NCBI GenBank assembly: GCA_026708645.1
Contig: JAPOUM010000026.1
Coordinates: 66,997-130,996 of the forward strand
Direction: 5' to 3'
Source: Acidimicrobiaceae bacterium
GTDB lineage: Bacteria > Actinomycetota > Acidimicrobiia > Acidimicrobiales > Aldehydirespiratoraceae
Length of the DNA stretch: 64,000 nt
Below, piece by piece: positions 55,103 through 62,631 of this stretch. The notes under the pieces were generated by a model, which did no database searches, had not been told where the DNA came from, and saw only the letters and a program-made list of their open reading frames with translations. Both the position numbers and the translations under genes were made by a program. Positions within the stretch are counted from its first letter, which is position 1. Each line of letters begins with the position of its first letter.

Positions 55103-56386
55103 TCAGCTCAAGGCGCCGACGATCAGTTCGGTGTTGGTGCGCAGGAAGCCGAGGTAGGTGTCAGCGCCGCTGCCCGGGGGTCCCAGGCTGCCTGTGTAGA
55201 GGGTCACCACTTCGATGTCGCCCACTCGGGCGGCCAGCGCCTCGGCGTCGTCACTGGTGTGCTGGGTCTCGGCGAAGATGGCTTGGATCCCTTCGTGCTC
55301 GATGAGCTCTGCAAGTTCCTCAAGCTGCGCCGGATTGGTTTGCGCCATAGATGACGGGCTCGGGATGACTGCGCCGATCACCTCCACTTCGTAACGGTCG
55401 GCGTAGTAGCCGAGAGCATCGTGGTTGGTCACCAGCTTGCGATTCTCAGCAGGCAACTGCGCGACGCTGGCTGCGATCTCGGCATCGACAGCCTCCAACT
55501 CGGCCTGGTAGATGTCCGCACAGGCTTGCAATTCGGCTGCGTCGATCCCGGCCTCGGTGTTCAGCACCCTCACTAGGTCAGGCAGTGCCTCGGCCACGCG
55601 ATGCGGATCGAACCATACATGGGGGTCACCGCCGCTGTGGTCGTGGCCATGGTGGTCGTGGCCTTCGTGGTCGTCGTGTTCGTCGTGGTCCTCTTCGTCT
55701 GAGTGTTCGTCGTGGTCGTGGCCTTCGTGGTCGTCGTGTTCGTCGTGGCTCTCTTCGTCTGAGTGTTCGTCGTGGTCGTGGCCTTCGTGGTCGTCGTGTT
55801 CGTCGTGGCTCTCTTCGTCTGAGTGTTCGTCGTGGTCGTGGCCTTCGTGGTCGTCGTGGCCGGATCCGAATGAGTAGGGGATCGTGTCCACTGCCTCTGC
55901 GACCTCGAAGACCGGAGTTCCCGCCTCAGCCACTGACTCGAGTGTGTCGAGGAGCCGCTCCTCCAAAGCGAGGCCGTTGGCCACAACGAGCGCGGCGTCC
56001 TCCATGCGTCCCCTGTCCTGCAAGGACGGCTCGTAGCCGTGGGGGTCTCCACCAACCGGGATGAGCGCCTCCACGTTGGCGAGCCCGCCGCAAGCCACAT
56101 TGGACACCACGTCAGCCCAGATGCCGGTGGTCGCAACGATGGTGGGCGCATCCTCATCGACTTGCATCGGTTCGTCGGCTTGCTCGCTGGAGGAGTCGTC
56201 AGAGCAGGCCGACGCTGCGAGAAATACAGCGGCTGCTACGGAGGCGGGCCTCAGCAGGCCTCGCCAACTCCCTCTGATGCCGGTTCGAGAATGTTCCGGC
56301 AGATTCGTCGATCGACGCACGGCTAGGCTCCTTCGGTGACGCTCAACATGCCGTGGCACTATAATGAGAGCGAGTCTTATTTCCAA
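55103..56386 (-). CDS. znuA: Metal (probably zinc) ABC transporter substrate-binding lipoprotein with an expanded His/Asp/Glu-rich loop
   Basis: Lipobox AAAVFLAASAC-SDD. Cluster A-I SBP blocks (IVATTGIWADVV..GGDPHGYEPS..DPHVWFDP..LVTNHDALGYY..IFAETQ). The loop is HDDHEGHDHDEHSDEESHDE repeated about 3 times (60-bp DNA period). The true start is probably downstream of ATG 56386 (GTG 56347 or 56320). Confidence 0.88.
   Translation of the reverse strand: MEIRLALIIVPRHVERHRRSLAVRRSTNLPEHSRTGIRGSWRGLLRPASVAAAVFLAASACSDDSSSEQADEPMQVDEDAPTIVATTGIWADVVSNVACGGLANVEALIPVGGDPHGYEPSLQDRGRMEDAALVVANGLALEERLLDTLESVAEAGTPVFEVAEAVDTIPYSFGSGHDDHEGHDHDEHSDEESHDEHDDHEGHDHDEHSDEESHDEHDDHEGHDHDEHSDEEDHDEHDDHEGHDHHGHDHSGGDPHVWFDPHRVAEALPDLVRVLNTEAGIDAAELQACADIYQAELEAVDAEIAASVAQLPAENRKLVTNHDALGYYADRYEVEVIGAVIPSPSSMAQTNPAQLEELAELIEHEGIQAIFAETQHTSDDAEALAARVGDIEVVTLYTGSLGPPGSGADTYLGFLRTNTELIVGALS
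56363..56381. promoter_or_regulatory. Candidate Zur operator: imperfect inverted repeat AATGAGA-N5-TCTTATT overlapping a TATAAT hexamer
   Basis: This is the only A+T-rich patch in the znuA/zur divergent region. Half-sites match 6/7. TATAAT lies at 56359-56364 on the plus strand, ~40 nt upstream of the zur start. It is not a close match to the TGAAAATNATTTTCA-type consensus. Confidence 0.3.
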
Positions 56387-56403
56387 CCCAACCGTGTGAG
56401 CTT

Positions 56404-56871
56404 ATGACCGGAGACCGGGTAAGAGATCGAGCGGACGTTGTCGGCGATCTGCATGAGGAAGTGGGTGTTTCCTTGGCGCGGTGCGACTATCGCTACACAG
56501 CGGGACGCCGGCGGATCGTTGACGCCCTGGCGGACGCAGGCAAGCCGATCACATTGCCCGACATATTGGCGGCAGCGCCGGAACTAGCTCCCAGTTCCGT
56601 CTACCGCAACTTGGATGTGCTGGAACGCTCAGGGGTCGTGCAGCGGATCGCCGCCGCCGGCGCTCACTCATTCTTCGAGTTCGCTGAGCCGCTGATCTCG
56701 CATCACCATCATCTGATCTGCATCGACTGCGGAATCATCGAGGACTTCCGTCTCGACGACGACATGGAGAGGCGAGTCGACAGCGGCCTGCTCGAAGCAG
56801 CAGGCAAGGCTGGATTCACCCCGCTGCGCCACAGCGTCGACCTGCACGGCTACTGCGCCGCCTGCGCCTAG
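56404..56871 (+). CDS. zur: Fur-family transcriptional regulator, probably Zur
   Basis: 155 aa. ..YRYTAGRRRIVDALADAGKPITLPDI..SSVYRNLDVLERSGVVQRI (wHTH), HHHHLICIDCG and HGYCAAC (two CxxC metal sites). Divergent from znuAB. Confidence 0.8.
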   Translation: MTGDRVRDRADVVGDLHEEVGVSLARCDYRYTAGRRRIVDALADAGKPITLPDILAAAPELAPSSVYRNLDVLERSGVVQRIAAAGAHSFFEFAEPLISHHHHLICIDCGIIEDFRLDDDMERRVDSGLLEAAGKAGFTPLRHSVDLHGYCAACA

Positions 56872-57018
56872 CAGCAGTCGTTGTAGTTGTTGTAGTCGGC
56901 CCCACCCCGCCTCAGCCGCTTCTCGACCGCCCGCGACCCCAACCTCACGCGAACCGGCACCCAGCCGACCGACCGCAGAAATAATAATTATTAGCTCGCC
57001 CGGTGCCTCGGAATTGCA

Positions 57019-57043
57019 GTAAGTAATAATATTTATTACTTAC
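57019..57043. promoter_or_regulatory. Perfect A+T-rich palindrome GTAAGTAATAA-TAT-TTATTACTTAC at the left border of the low-G+C island
   Basis: 11-bp arms with a 3-nt centre. It lies inside an A+T-rich stretch (..GAAATAATAATTATTAGC.. at ~56978) about 100 nt upstream of the first island ORF. Confidence 0.7.
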
Positions 57044-57141
57044 AGAATTTCTTGCATGTTCTCGTGCGGTTGCTGGAGGACGCTGGCATTCGTTTCGTCG
57101 GAGGCGATCACAGACGGCGGCTTTTCGTGAGTGCGTCGTGA

Positions 57142-57540
57142 GTGGGTAGGTTGTCGCCAGTGGGGGTATTCGATGCACTCCGTGCGTCGCTCGGCTACGA
57201 GTACTCGAGGGGATCGTGGTTCTGGGTGCCGGTGAGCGAAGCCCGAGCGGCCCGCGGCGTGAGGCCTTTCGGACAGGGCAAGACACGGCCCGTGGTCTTG
57301 GCCACACGATTAGGCCCGGACGCGGTCTTGTTCCCGCGCTCCACCAAGCCGTCGAGTTTTCGCCATGACGCCCACCGCCACGCACCCGATCCACCCTGTC
57401 GGATCGACAGGCCTGGCTGGGTCCCGCTGCACCTGCGAGCGGTCGTGGACCTGCAACTCCTCAACGAAGAGTCCTACTCGTGCGAAGAGCCCGAAGGCTC
57501 GCAGTTGTTCGGCGCCATGCTCGAGGCGCTGCGGCCATGA
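57142..57540 (+). CDS. Small protein with PemK/MazF-like sequence pattern (island operon gene 1)
   Basis: 132 aa, GTG start. ..RGSWFWVPVSE..GKTRPVVLATRLGPDAVLFPRSTKPS..GWVPLHLRAVVDLQLLNE.. resembles the MazF/PemK order (GDIWxV.., K/TRPxVVL, hhxP.T.., late V.hdqhr..d). The assignment is tentative. Confidence 0.4.
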   Translation: MGRLSPVGVFDALRASLGYEYSRGSWFWVPVSEARAARGVRPFGQGKTRPVVLATRLGPDAVLFPRSTKPSSFRHDAHRHAPDPPCRIDRPGWVPLHLRAVVDLQLLNEESYSCEEPEGSQLFGAMLEALRP

Positions 57541-58091
57541 CTCCACAGGATCGGCAAGTCAACTTCGCGGATCTGCGTCGGGAGCACGAAGCCGCGACCA
57601 TCGGTCCGCTGCTGTGGGCGCTGACCGTCGAGTTGGCCGGGATGGTCGGGCGCCGCTACAGGCCCGCGGAGTACAACGGGGGCGCGCCGTGGGACAAGGC
57701 ATCGATCGAAGAGCTCGCGCAGCAGACTGCGGTGGACCTGCTGATCGGGGAAGGCCAGATCGACTACATCTTCACGGTTGCTGACAGCACTGAGGATGTC
57801 AGGCGGTTGCTCACTCGCAACGTGAAGCGAGCTCTGTGGCGCCGCCGTTCTCCGACCGTCGTCGACAGACTGAAAGGGCGTGCTTGCGAGATGGCGTCGC
57901 AGCCGCCCTTGGCCATCGAGTATGTTGGGTCGCGCCGGTGGATCACCAGTTCAGGCGACCCCGGCGCTCCTCGCGAATTGAGCGATGCCGAGTTGCGGCG
58001 CGCCGCTGCTGCCGCGCGTCGGATTCCGAGACTGATCGAACGCGAAGGAGCTGAGCGGGCCTCGATGGTCTACTCGCCGGGCATGCTGTGA
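57537..58091 (+). CDS. Hypothetical protein with sigma-70 region-2-like segment (island operon gene 2)
   Basis: ATG 57537 overlaps the gene-1 stop (ATGA). ..ELAQQTAVDLLIGEGQIDYIF..EDVRRLLTRNVKRALWRRRS resembles the ECF sigma region 2.1-2.4 pattern (..Qe.f..l...f.....WL..ia.n...d..Rrr). Confidence 0.5.
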   Translation: MTPQDRQVNFADLRREHEAATIGPLLWALTVELAGMVGRRYRPAEYNGGAPWDKASIEELAQQTAVDLLIGEGQIDYIFTVADSTEDVRRLLTRNVKRALWRRRSPTVVDRLKGRACEMASQPPLAIEYVGSRRWITSSGDPGAPRELSDAELRRAAAAARRIPRLIEREGAERASMVYSPGML

Positions 58092-58103
58092 GAGCTGCTG
58101 CAT

Positions 58104-58529
58104 GTGGTGATTGGTGAGACTGACGGCATCTTCGACAGCGATCTGGAAAGGGTTTTCAAGATTCTGGTCGCATCGTGGCTTCCACCGTCCCTTGTATCTG
58201 ATGAAGGCAGCGACTCTGCTGAAAGCGTCGCAAGCGGAACAGCCGCCGAGGAAGGAATGGAGCGCTACGAGATGGAATCGGCAGTTCAAGATCTGGTGGT
58301 GTCAATGACTGCTGAGGATCTGGCGGTGTTCGTCAGCAAAGCGCAAGGAGTGTCCGACAGCGCGGTGGCCGAGCGGCTCGGACGCTCTAGGCGCTGGGTT
58401 GCGGAGCGCAAGCAGGCCGTCCTCGAACGCACCGACGAGATGTTCAGAGACCGCGTGCCCGCAGGCGCGCAGGATCTGGCCGCGACCCGACTGCTGGAAC
58501 TCGCCAGTGACGCACTGGGGGAGACGTAG
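58104..58529 (+). CDS. Hypothetical protein with sigma-70 region-4-like HTH (island operon gene 3)
   Basis: GTG 58104, in the same reading frame as gene 2 and separated from it only by TGA 58089-58091 plus four sense codons. ..MTAEDLAVFVSKAQGVSDSAVAERLGRSRRWVAERKQAVLER.. fits a region 4.2 / LuxR-like HTH. Confidence 0.5.
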   Translation: MVIGETDGIFDSDLERVFKILVASWLPPSLVSDEGSDSAESVASGTAAEEGMERYEMESAVQDLVVSMTAEDLAVFVSKAQGVSDSAVAERLGRSRRWVAERKQAVLERTDEMFRDRVPAGAQDLAATRLLELASDALGET

Positions 58530-58531
58530 CA

Positions 58532-59458
58532 ATGACTGCTTCAAGGGAACGAGACGGGAACTCGCGACACGGCGCGAGCACGAGTCCGGGCGCCGGTGAG
58601 ACCGCGCCGGTGAACGAAGCCGTGGCGACAGCCTGCGCGACCCGCACCGCTGCGGCTGCTGGCGCGTCCGTGGCTGCTGGCGCAGCGACCTCAGCGTCGC
58701 TTGAAGGCGCGGCTCGTCGTCGGCGGGTGGAGCGGGGCGATGTCCGCGTGGTCGAGCCGCTGGCGTGGCAGAGGGGCGCCAGGCGGATAGCGGTTGTGTG
58801 TCGTGTCGACCCTGACTGTGAAATAGCCGAAATGATGCTGGCCCATCCTTGGCCTGAACTCGCCACCGACACCGACGCTGTCGTTGCTAGCGAAGACTCT
58901 GGTCTGCCGTTCCCTCTGGTGGTCGAGTGCTATGTGCGAAACCCGGTGTGGTTGTGGCAAGTCTTTGAGCGTTTAGGCGGCTTTACCGAATCTCAGATGA
59001 ATGCTGTCGGTGAAGCAGTGATTGATGACAACCCGATGGCTGAAGGGGTTTACACAGGTCTGCCGCTCGCCGGACCTGCTGATGCCCGCTGGAGTTTCAA
59101 AGCTCAGGAGATCACTGAATGGAGAACTATCACTGAAGATTGCTTCACTGTGCTGCTTGACGGTGATCGTGTTTGGCAGTTCGACCGTGACCGACTGCAG
59201 CCGGATACTTACGGCGAGTCGTCGGAGGATGTTCTATCGCTGCAAAGCCGTGAGCGTCTTGCCGAGACGATCCACCAGATCGCAACACGTCCGATGTCTG
59301 TCGCAGTGGATGACATTGATACGGAGGCTCTTGACTTTGAGTGCTGGTCTGAGCACCTCGGCCGAGATGCTGGCATGGACGTATTCGCAGCCTTTCAACC
59401 GTTATTTGATAAAGCGTTATCGCAGTCTTATGAAACACTGCAGAAGGAAGCTGTCTGA
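58532..59458 (+). CDS. Hypothetical protein, no recognisable domain (island operon gene 4)
   Basis: 308 aa, ATG 2 nt after the gene-3 stop. Ala-rich, low-complexity N-terminal ~75 aa, then a globular region (..AHPWPELATDTDAVV..PFPLVVECYVRNPVWLWQVF..). Base composition becomes visibly A+T-richer from ~58.95 kb. Confidence 0.55.
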   Translation: MTASRERDGNSRHGASTSPGAGETAPVNEAVATACATRTAAAAGASVAAGAATSASLEGAARRRRVERGDVRVVEPLAWQRGARRIAVVCRVDPDCEIAEMMLAHPWPELATDTDAVVASEDSGLPFPLVVECYVRNPVWLWQVFERLGGFTESQMNAVGEAVIDDNPMAEGVYTGLPLAGPADARWSFKAQEITEWRTITEDCFTVLLDGDRVWQFDRDRLQPDTYGESSEDVLSLQSRERLAETIHQIATRPMSVAVDDIDTEALDFECWSEHLGRDAGMDVFAAFQPLFDKALSQSYETLQKEAV

Positions 59459-59461
59459 GCT

Positions 59462-61291
59462 ATGCCATCGTTCCCGCTACGATCTATCGAAGTCACAAAC
59501 TTCAAGTCGATTGCCCACGGTAAGGTTGATTTCAGGCCATTGACTGTGCTAGTCGGCCAGAACAGCGCAGGCAAGAGTTCGCTCCTGCAGACATTGAGAT
59601 TCTTGTCACAGACAGCAGCAACTAGCAAGTCCGGGATAGAAGTGCCGCTGAACGGCACCAAGTTACGATTGGGCACCTTCGACGATGTCCGCACATCTGG
59701 TGCCGAAGGTTCGATATCGGTGCGTGCTAATCTGTCCACTGCACCGCATCGCACTTCTGATAATGATGAGGTCGGGTCGGAAGTGCAATTGAAGATCGAA
59801 GCGGCACCACCCGAAGAGAACCCCGAAAGCGGCTACGCCCATCTCGCTGTAAATGACCTGGAAGTGTCAGACTCTGTAGCTCTCTGGTGCGCTGAGGTAT
59901 GGATTCAGGCTGTTTGGAGTCGAGTCAGAGAAACCGTGCTGGAGGCAGCCGGGGAGCAGTCTTGCGAATCTTTTGGTCATCCAGGTATAGGTATAGATGC
60001 CGACTGGGATTCGGAGCGGCAAACAGAATGTGAAGATACTGATTTTTATCACCCGGTTGACGATAGAGAGCCAGTCGAATCTTGGTTGCGCGGCTGGCTA
60101 TTAAAAAAATCTGGACTTGATCAATACCAGAACTCATCTGAGCCGCTGTCTGTCGATATGTCAGCTAGACAAGAATCACTTCTCTTGGCGAGTAGTGACG
60201 ATATTCGAGGCGCTTTTGAAACTGTCTATAATTTGGGTTCCGTTGATCCAAGCTATAGAGTCAAAATAATTCATGATCGAGTTCTGCGTTATTCACTCGA
60301 TGACATGGCTCGACTAGCCTTATCCATGATCGAACTTGGAGGCTTGTACTTTGAAGATAACCCATACCATGATAAAGATGACAGTGATTCTTGGTATGTA
60401 AATCCCGAGAGATTGCTCATGACTGACTTCACTAAAATTGCTCATCAACTTGTCTCAGCGATTGTGGATGACGAATGGACACGAGACCCGTCACTGCGAC
60501 AGTGGGCTGATAGTGCTGTTGCAGAAAGGCAGAGGCCCGCTGTTGCCAACATGCTCCGAGACCATGTCCGTTATCTGGGGCCGCTGAGACAGGAACCGCG
60601 CCCCTTCTTCGACATTGATGATGAGGATCGTCTGGACGTCGGTGCTGCCGGTCAGCACTTGGCGCGTGTGCTGCAGTGGCATGGAACCAGGACGGTCGAT
60701 GTGCCTGAACTAGGAAAGGTCGACTTGGTTGATGGCTTGCAGCGTTGGCTGCGTAAACTGGGCGTGATCGACGAGGTCGCTGTGGAGGCTCGAGGCCGCG
60801 CCGGGGTCAGTGTTGAGGTGCGCCCCCCCGACCTGGATCGCCGGGTTGACCTCACGTCGGTCGGTGTCGGCATCAGTCAAGTGCTGCCGGTTCTGGTGGT
60901 TTGCTTGCTGGCCGATCCGGGCGACCTCGTGCTGTTGGAGCAACCGGAACTGCATCTGCATCCGGCGCTTCAGATGCGCCTCGCCGACTTTCTGCTTGCT
61001 TGCGTAGAGAGCGGACGGCAGATCATCGTCGAGACACACAGCGAGAATCTCGTCAACCGGCTCAGGCGCCGCGTCGCCGAAGACGACACCAGCGACACCG
61101 CTGGACTCGTCCGCGTCGTGTTCGCTGAACGAAATGCCGAAGGACACACGACGTTCCGGCCGTCGGACATCAACCCGCTGGGCGGACTCAGCCAAGATTG
61201 GCCAGACGGATTCCTAGATCTCGGCGCCCGTGACGCCCAGAAACTCCTGCGAGCCGGCCTCGCCAAGCATCGCCGCCTCAAGTCTGCTTGA
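59462..61291 (+). CDS. ABC-type (AAA_15/AAA_21-like) ATPase with DUF3696-type C-terminus (island operon gene 5)
   Basis: 609 aa. IEVTNFKSI..LTVLVGQNSAGKSSLLQTL (Walker A), a long ~400-aa insert, YLGPLRQEPRPFF..VGAAGQH, GVGISQVLPVLV (signature-like), LVLLEQPELHLHP (Walker B/D-loop), IVETHSENL (H-loop), and the C-terminal ..DWPDGFLD typical of DUF3696. Confidence 0.85.
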   Translation: MPSFPLRSIEVTNFKSIAHGKVDFRPLTVLVGQNSAGKSSLLQTLRFLSQTAATSKSGIEVPLNGTKLRLGTFDDVRTSGAEGSISVRANLSTAPHRTSDNDEVGSEVQLKIEAAPPEENPESGYAHLAVNDLEVSDSVALWCAEVWIQAVWSRVRETVLEAAGEQSCESFGHPGIGIDADWDSERQTECEDTDFYHPVDDREPVESWLRGWLLKKSGLDQYQNSSEPLSVDMSARQESLLLASSDDIRGAFETVYNLGSVDPSYRVKIIHDRVLRYSLDDMARLALSMIELGGLYFEDNPYHDKDDSDSWYVNPERLLMTDFTKIAHQLVSAIVDDEWTRDPSLRQWADSAVAERQRPAVANMLRDHVRYLGPLRQEPRPFFDIDDEDRLDVGAAGQHLARVLQWHGTRTVDVPELGKVDLVDGLQRWLRKLGVIDEVAVEARGRAGVSVEVRPPDLDRRVDLTSVGVGISQVLPVLVVCLLADPGDLVLLEQPELHLHPALQMRLADFLLACVESGRQIIVETHSENLVNRLRRRVAEDDTSDTAGLVRVVFAERNAEGHTTFRPSDINPLGGLSQDWPDGFLDLGARDAQKLLRAGLAKHRRLKSA

Positions 61292-61384
61292 CAAGCTGGG
61301 ACACAGGCGTCGATCCGGCCGATCAGCCAGCCACAGCGTGAAGTCGATATCTCTAGGCGGCGGAGGGAAGGGCGTCGTAGGCGT

Positions 61385-61843
61385 CTATTGTCCGGACAGG
61401 GCTGCTTGCACGGCTTCTTGGACTTTGTCGGCAGCTTCCTCGGGGTCTTCGTGCTCCCAGAAGCGCAGCACGGTCCACCCGGCTTGCTCCAGGTAGGCGG
61501 TGGTCTCTCGATCGCGCTCGGCATTGCGCGCGATCTTGGCTGCCCAGTATTCGGAGTTGGTCGCCGGTTGGGTGTGATGCTCGGGGCATCCATGCCAATA
61601 GCAGCCATCGACGAAAACGGCTATGCGGGTCTTGCGCAGCACTAGATCAGCGGTGCGAGCCAGTTCCGGCTGGGGTCTGACCGACACCCGGAATCTGATG
61701 CCGCGACGATGCACGGCAGAGCGCACCGCCATCTCGGGGCCGGTGTCGCGGCTCCGGTTCGCCTGCATGGATCTGCGAGTGCCCGGCGATGAAGCCCAAG
61801 ACTCTTTGCCTGAGCCTGTTCCCACCTCCCAGACCGTACTCAC
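61385..61843 (-). CDS. vsr: Very-short-patch repair endonuclease
   Basis: ..RRSMQANRSRDTGPEMAVRSAVHRRGIRFRV..ADLVLRKTRIAVFVDGCYWHGCPEH..PATNSEYWAAKIARNAERDRE..AGWTVLRFWEHE matches the Vsr blocks (TxPE, FVDGCFWHGC, N..yW..KI..N..RD, W.v...WE). Start uncertain (GTG 61843, GTG 61834 or ATG 61768). Confidence 0.88.
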   Translation of the reverse strand: MSTVWEVGTGSGKESWASSPGTRRSMQANRSRDTGPEMAVRSAVHRRGIRFRVSVRPQPELARTADLVLRKTRIAVFVDGCYWHGCPEHHTQPATNSEYWAAKIARNAERDRETTAYLEQAGWTVLRFWEHEDPEEAADKVQEAVQAALSGQ

Positions 61844-61975
61844 TGCCCCCTGCCGGCGCCGAAGCCGGGCGGCGAGGGGGACCGTCCCAGAGGCCCGACA
61901 AAGACTGCTGCACCGGCAGCGCGGTTGTGGCACCGGGTCGTGTCTAATGTCACACGACAGCGTTACGGTGGGGTG

Positions 61976-62631
61976 ATGTCAGTTCCGCTCAACCTTGACG
62001 GCTTGAAGGCTGCGGCCGTCGATTTTGCCGCGTCGCTTCGCGGCGCGCCGATCCGCGAGCTGTTCGGCAGGACAGATGGCAAGGCGCTGGGCACCTGGGT
62101 CGAGGCGAACTTCAAGGAGTTTCTTGCAGAGCGGCACGCGTATGAGTCTGGAAATGCAGCTAGCGGAATCGACTTCCCGGAACTGGAGGTTGATCTCAAG
62201 GCGACATTCATAAAGCAGCCTCAGTCATCGTGTCCGTTCAGAGATGCAGCGCAGAAATTTTCGGTTTGGGTTACGGCCTTCTGGTGCTCGTGTACGAGAA
62301 GACCGACATAAGCGAGACCGAGTCTGCGGTGATCGATGTTCGTCACGCCCTTTTTATCGATCGGTCAAGGACCGGCGACTACCAGACGACTAGGGGAATC
62401 CTTGAAATCCTAGACCGAGCCGGTAACTCCGACGATCTCGTTGCCTTTATGGAGGATCGCAATCTGCCGCTAGACGAAGTAGGCCGCACGGCCTTGGCTG
62501 ATCGAGTTCTCCGAGACCCTCCGACACAGGGCTACCTCACGATCAGCAACGCACTGCAGTGGAGGCTCCAGTATGGCCACGCAATCACGAACGCAGGAGT
62601 GGCCGAAGGTGTGCAAAACCTTGTCTCGTAA
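61976..62631 (+). pseudogene. PD-(D/E)XK type II restriction endonuclease, interrupted by a 1-nt frameshift at an A3T4 run
   Basis: ORF 61925..62311 (from ATG 61976: MSVPLNLDG..SGIDFPELEVDLKATFIKQPQSS..AAQK) continues in the -1 frame as ..IFGLGYGLLVLVYEKTD..TISNALQWRL (ORF 62230..62631). The frames meet at CAGAAATTTTC (62252-62262). GID..EVDLK fits D..(D/E)xK. Confidence 0.6.

Noticed and set aside
56945-57394. 149-aa minus-strand ORF across the island border
   Set aside because: It spans the A+T-rich palindrome region, lies antisense to the better-supported first operon ORF, and has no motif or RBS.
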